64,000 nucleotides of DNA from Eledone cirrhosa (Eukaryota). The position numbers and the translations under genes are program-made. A model generated the notes under the pieces. That model had not been told where the DNA came from, did no database searches, and saw only the letters and a list, made by a program, of their open reading frames with translations. The stretch's first letter is position 1. Each line of letters opens with the position of its first letter. Of this stretch, positions 58,312-64,000 are shown piece by piece. The stretch is taken from NCBI GenBank assembly GCA_964016885.1, contig OZ024741.1, forward strand, positions 124,062,001 through 124,126,000, read 5' to 3'.

Positions 58312-58621
58312 ATCCCTCCCACTGCTTTGCGACTGCTGGACTTGAAAACAGCCGAGAATATATAGTTTTCTCCCCCCCTCCCTCCCCGGTGTCCGCAGAG
58401 CTACGGCTTCCTAAAATCGCATTTCTTTCAAACTACGAAATTTCTATACATATTGTATAAAGCTATGCTTTAAGCGAAATCCTATTTCTTTTCTATTATA
58501 AGTTGAGCCAACATATGCTGCTTCATATGCAAATGAGATTAATCACCTCAGTTACACAGACGAGAAAACTATATATTCTCGGTTGTTTTCAAGTCCAGCA
58601 GTCGCAGAGCAGTGGGAGAGG

Positions 58622-58663
58622 TCGTCCTGACGACGGCCAGTCAAGCCTGAAATGCATAGACGG
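58622..58663 (+). ncRNA. Minimal type I hammerhead ribozyme
   Basis: TCGTC-CTGACGA-C-GGC(CAGTCAA)GCC-T-GAAA-TGCA-TA-GACGG; palindromic ATGCAT helix III. Confidence 0.85.
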
Positions 58664-59789
58664 TTGTCCTCCTTGCTTCTGCTGGACAACACCAGAGGGC
58701 GTTAGCCCCCCCCCCCCCCCGGTGTCCGCATAGCTACAGCTTCCTAAAATCATATTTCTTTCGAAATACGAAATTTCTATACACACATATATATATATAT
58801 ATATATATGGGGGAGGGGTCTGTCATCATGCCTGTAAGTATGTAGCAGTTTATATGCCCTATAACTTAGTGACCCGACAAATATAACATATGTATGATCG
58901 ACTAAAAGAACAACTCTTCAATGAGGTGCTCCATCATGGCCTGACTCCAATTGAGGAAGACAGTAATACTGTAAAAGAAGAGTAATATAAATTTGTGTTC
59001 AATATGATTCTAAATACTTTCTTGTTATTCCAATTGTTGATATTTAGACGCTGAGATTCTGTGAAAAAAATAAATCTATTATCATATGTCTTCCAGTCGA
59101 AAGAACATGTCAGTTTTCCAGTTTAGTATTTCTAGAACTACATCATCTGACGTGTGTCAGTAATGTTTGAGTGGAATTTGCTTCCTATTTATAATATGTG
59201 AGAAGCACAATCAAATTAAACTGATGAAATCCGGATAAAAATATTGGAGTGAAAAAAGTCGAATATTTATAGCAAATCATAATTTAAAGAAACCTATTCA
59301 AATATATGTCAACATATATGAGTATATAGATAACATGTGAAATGATAAATTGAGACTTTTTGTTGAATGCCTATTATTTATACATTCGCCATATATCCAG
59401 TTGCAAATGGACCATTTTGAAAGTGAAAGTAGCAAACAATATTAACGATGTTTCCGAAATTCAATTGTGCTCTGAACAATAGCAAAAATGATATATCATA
59501 AATAGATATATAAAGGAGGTGCCATTTTCATACACCGTTACAATTCATTACGTTCGTACTTTCTATGGGAATAGACATAGCGGCAGGGAAGAGATAGGAA
59601 ATAAAATCGTAAGAGAAAACTATAAGAACATTTCATTCAGCCAGATCAGCAAAATGGAAATAAAAAAGATACTGTATATAATTGAACAATGAATAAAAAA
59701 AGAAAAGAAAGGCCCACCCATACTTAGTGAAATGGGAAAGGATGCATATAACTATTCTTCTTTGCCGCCTTCTTTGTCCACTTATTCTA

Positions 59790-61340
59790 GGAAGGGTTGT
59801 GAAGGCAGAATTCTCAAGCACGCCTTTCCCCAAGTTATACCACAAGCAGATGTCTCTAATTGATCCGAATGGATCTCCAACTATGACGGGCCGAGTCCAA
59901 GAATTTTATCCAACCAGCTTGTCAGGGTCCATCACTGGATCACTCGACGGCTGGTTTTGCTCGTATAGTCTGTTCAGCGATTCTTTCCTTAGACAGTCTA
60001 ATCTCTCGATCCGGAGATGTAGCAGATTGATCCCAAAACTACGCACTATCGAGCACAATTTCGGCCGTTTGTATTCATGGTGTTGATCGCTAGCATTCAC
60101 GATGACCGTATGCTGCAGCTGGCGCATTACTGAGCCAGATGCAATTCTTACACTTAATTCAGCGTTCTGTCTTCCAATACTCGAGAACAGGACCCCGATA
60201 TTCTTTTCTACCTGCTTCTTTCGAACTCCAATCACACTGAGCAGGCTTCTTTGAGAGGGCAAGTGTATCAGTATTCGCAGCACTGACTTTCATCCTTGAA
60301 GCATTCGGTAGGAAACCTATCTGGTTTAAGTTAGAGATCATATTCTAACAAATTAAGTAGCACCATGACGTCTCTTATTGCAGTTGACTCATATTACACC
60401 CCTCAGTCTTGATAGCTATCCCAAGCCCCTAATCATAATTGTTTCTACTTTAGGCACAAGGCCAGCAATTACGCAGTGCATTACTGGTACTTTATTTTAT
60501 CGACCCCGTAAGGATGAAAGGCAAAGTTAACCTCGGCGGGATTTGAACTCAGATTGTAAAGCTCCTAATCATAATCTTCTTGAACAATACCTGTTCAAGA
60601 AGATTATGATTAGGGGAAGTCACAATTGCACTTTTGGTGGAATCCGACACACACAAGTTTCTACTTAGCGCCATTTACCGATTAATCCTTTCTATGCCAG
60701 TTAGTCAGTGCTAACATGTGCATTGAAATCACCCATTGAGATACATGACGAAATATTAACTACATCTAACGCTAAAGTGATTTTATCATATATTTTATCA
60801 TATATTTGTATTCAGACTCTCTGTTTGGCGTATAAACTTTAACCACCCATAGAGACCTTCTATTCAGCCTAAGTATCAAAAGGCAAATCCCCTTCAAACA
60901 GTATGCAGTCAATAACACATTCCGACAGCCGAGGAATTGTTAGTATCCCTACTCTCCCTTTCGTCGTTTGTGGCATCACATCTGAATAGTGGAATTTCTA
61001 CCCTCCATCAAACTCTTCGGCATGCGAACCGCAGAGCTTTGTTGACGAAACTCTGACTATATCTAGCTGTTAGCATCTGGCATCCTTCACTACTTCCTGC
61101 TTGTGACGTTCCAGTTGCCAATTGTTAATATTTTTCTTCTTTTCTGGACTCCCTTTGGTGTGTCGGGATAAGCAAGGTTGTGCGTCCATACCATGCCTCC
61201 CAAGATAGGCCTCAGGCTCATCGACAATTTTCAAAGCGCTGGACGTAGACTGCAATATATCTTTCGAATAAGCCTCTTTATCTAAGATCTCAATGCGCCC
61301 CTTGTTTCCCTGCATGAAAGACAATACTTCATGAGTTTTT
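59790..61340 (-). pseudogene. Old internally deleted RTE LINE
   Basis: GNWNVTS and DIVRVSSTK endonuclease start near 61030-61125; WLDKILGL..LEIHSDQLET C-terminus near 59850-59920. Confidence 0.6.
60434..60558 (-). mobile_element. 5'-truncated SINE with target-site duplication
   Basis: SINE core flanked by AAGC(C/T)CCTAATCATAAT at 60423-60439 and 60559-60575. Confidence 0.85.
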
Positions 61341-61664
61341 GTGTTTTTTTTTGTTTTTGCATTTGATCATACTGTAGTTTTCGGAAATTTTTACTTGCAC
61401 CAGTCTCCAATTTGGTAATTCTCTCAGATCAGCGAAGACCTGGCTTGTTTATAGACTTTATTCACCTGATTGTAACTACATAATTGGGGTGTGAGAGATT
61501 TCTTGAGAGCTAATTAATATCATGTGATAGCTAGAGCCCTGATGTGTACGAAAAGTGACCAGTCTGACTTTCACACAATTGTCTTCACCCCAGACCAGCA
61601 GTTTTATTTCGCGATCTGTTGGGTGGGGGTGGGGGGAGAAAACAAAAGAAATAGCAAGTAAATA

Positions 61665-61852
61665 ACGTTGATTGGCAGTATCGGTGGAGAGTCGGATGCC
61701 GTGATTTGACACATAGAGTTACGGCCCTTGCCATTCTGAGTTCAAATACCGCCGAGGTTAATTTTGCCTTTCAACCTTACGGGGTCGATAAAATAAAGTA
61801 CCATTAATGCACTGGGTAATTGCTGGCCTTGTACCAAAAGTAGAAACAGTTA
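61665..61852 (+). mobile_element. Nin/Deu-domain-like SINE
   Basis: TTGGCAGTATCGGT head, GAGTTCAAATACC B box, conserved core. Confidence 0.8.
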
Positions 61853-64000
61853 TATTCCTCTGTTGTTTTAACAAAGAAAATTAATCGTGTAAGGAAGGAC
61901 AGTTAATACCGAAATATCACGAACAATATATATATAATTCAAATTGCCTGGACTAAAAAAAATGAATTTCAAAACCTTGTATTCAACAGTATAACTGAGT
62001 ATCCAATACATCTAATGTGTGTGTGTTTGTAAAGTGAAAACGAGAAGAGGAAACCCGAATGAAATTTAAAATATGATACTATTTAAAAGTTGTATAATAT
62101 GATTTATAGAGTGAATGAGGCGGGAGAAATGCAATACATGAATGTTGCAAGCCACCTTTGATTCAAAGTCTTACAGTGCTTTCCTTTTAAGTATAAACTT
62201 CAACCATTAGCGTGACCTATTTTAACATTATGACTCAATAAATATGTAGTGATAAACAGATTGCATTTAGTGAAAGGATATTTATCGATTCGAGATGTAA
62301 TATTAACCTATAGACCTCCATCTATTTTGTAATAATTGTTCCAGATGTTCCATCAACAGCATATCCGACTCATGAAATTAACTTGTATGTAACTGGACAT
62401 TCAACAGACACGTCTTTGTTTAACGTAATTCTCAGGGCGATTAAAAAAACAAGACATCTCTCACCCAACATAAAGTGGGTGGCTGATTTCCATTCGGACA
62501 AGGTGAGTTGACAGGTCTCAGCATCGCAAATTTGAATTTGATTACTATTCAAGAGAGTTTAGCATTTCATCCACCTCGCTATCGCCTCACATTTGGACAC
62601 AGCATGGCCAAATGGCTAAAGATTTCGCGTCGCAATTATTAAGTTCTTGACATTTTGGGAAAGTGTCGTTTACGATTGCAGCGGGTCAATCCAGGCCTTG
62701 TATGAGAATTGAGTAGACGGAAACAGTTTCAAAGTCAGTTGCTTACTCTGATGTGGTCATTCGAAATACCATACTTGTCGTAACCTGTGTCACACAGAAA
62801 CGGCCCGAGATGTACATTAAAATGCATGTGTCCATAGAAGACTCAGCCACTTATAGGTTAGCAGATCCATTGCTCGAATAACTAGAATACTCATCATGGA
62901 AACCGACGGCTGTTATTTCCTTCCATTCTATTATAATAATATTCTGTATTTCATTGATCATTTCATATTTAGTTGTGATAAAATTTATCTAGGCACGCAG
63001 CCAATTATGAAGGAGCAGAGCATTATAAATTGAATGGACATAGTTTGTTACAACTGTTCACTTTATTGAGAATCGAAAGAAAATGTAAAATAATTGTGTG
63101 TAGACTCAATAAGCTTTTTCACTTCCTCAAATGGTAATAATAATATATGATACTAATACTAATTTGAAGGCAAGCTCTGGGGAAAGCAATGGCTATAGAA
63201 TCATCTAACGAGCATTAAATATGCTTCTTTAAATGCATATGAAACAGACGTTCCCACGAATAGAAATTGAAATATTTATCTCCAATTTCTATAGCATGAA
63301 GCAGTTTATAACTGACAAATAGCAAAGGGCAATCTTCACATTGCATGTTTACATATAATTTTGATGTTAAATTGTTGAATATTAATCTTTTTTCACATAA
63401 TCCTGATTTTATTGATGTGTTATAAATAAATAAATAAATAATCGAGTAAAATATCTATTATCATATATTCATGAAAGAATATTTGGTTATAGGCGAATGT
63501 TCTTTTTAAGAGGAATATTTTGCATTTGATATCAAAATATTCTGAAATATTTCAATGAACCACAAGAAACATATTGCTATAAAATGAAGACATAAACAAA
63601 TAATTAATGCACATTGATATTTTAAAAGATGTTGCACTCTCTGGGGAAGTCGGAGACATTCGAGATGAAAATCATCGGATTGAATACCAAATATTTAGAT
63701 TCGTCCTTCTAGTCCTGAGTAGGTAGCATCTTGTGCATCATAGAGGGTCTTAAAATTAGAAGAAGGTTTTAGTTTTCTCTCGGAAAAAATATACACATGT
63801 GATACGTTGCCAAAAAACTGCAATTATTTAAATGGAACAGATCTCCATCGGTTTCCACGATCTATGTTCCAGTTGTTCAATTAACCTAACTCAGCATTCG
63901 ACAACATATGCACCCTTAATATGATATGTGTAGAGTTCAAATTACAGATATAGTCTATTCGACAGGCTTCTATACAGTTTCACTCACAATTTCACTCACA

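Larger units (their letters stand above)
58164..58782 (+). mobile_element. Non-coding retrozyme-like element, 333-nt repeat unit, with inverted 5' copy
   Basis: IR 58164-58372/58562-58780; direct repeat about 58385-58448/58718-58781; hammerhead in each IR arm. Confidence 0.82.

Overview
AT-rich, repeat-saturated animal genomic DNA; the SINE and microsatellite landscape suggests a cephalopod (Octopus-like), which is inference. No host protein-coding gene is recognisable, and nearly all long ORFs in the track are (TA)n/(TATG)n/(CA)n artefacts. The real content is retroelements: four Naiad-type Penelope-like elements (PLEs; RT plus C-terminal GIY-YIG, one missed by the ORF track), a near-complete RTE LINE with a precise 5' inversion, CR1 and CRE-like fragments, older RTE relics, about 14 Nin/Deu-domain-like SINE copies and a non-autonomous Helitron. 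The main signal is an unusually dense set of type I hammerhead ribozymes (about 15 with essentially intact core and helices, about 10 degenerate) from many unrelated sequence families. They sit in PLE 3' ends, in small fold-back (palindromic) inserts within (TA)n tracts, and in two non-coding retrozyme-like elements with 538-nt and 333-nt repeat units. Some carry a compensatory U3-A8 core variant. All structures and coordinates were derived by eye; none were computed or tested.
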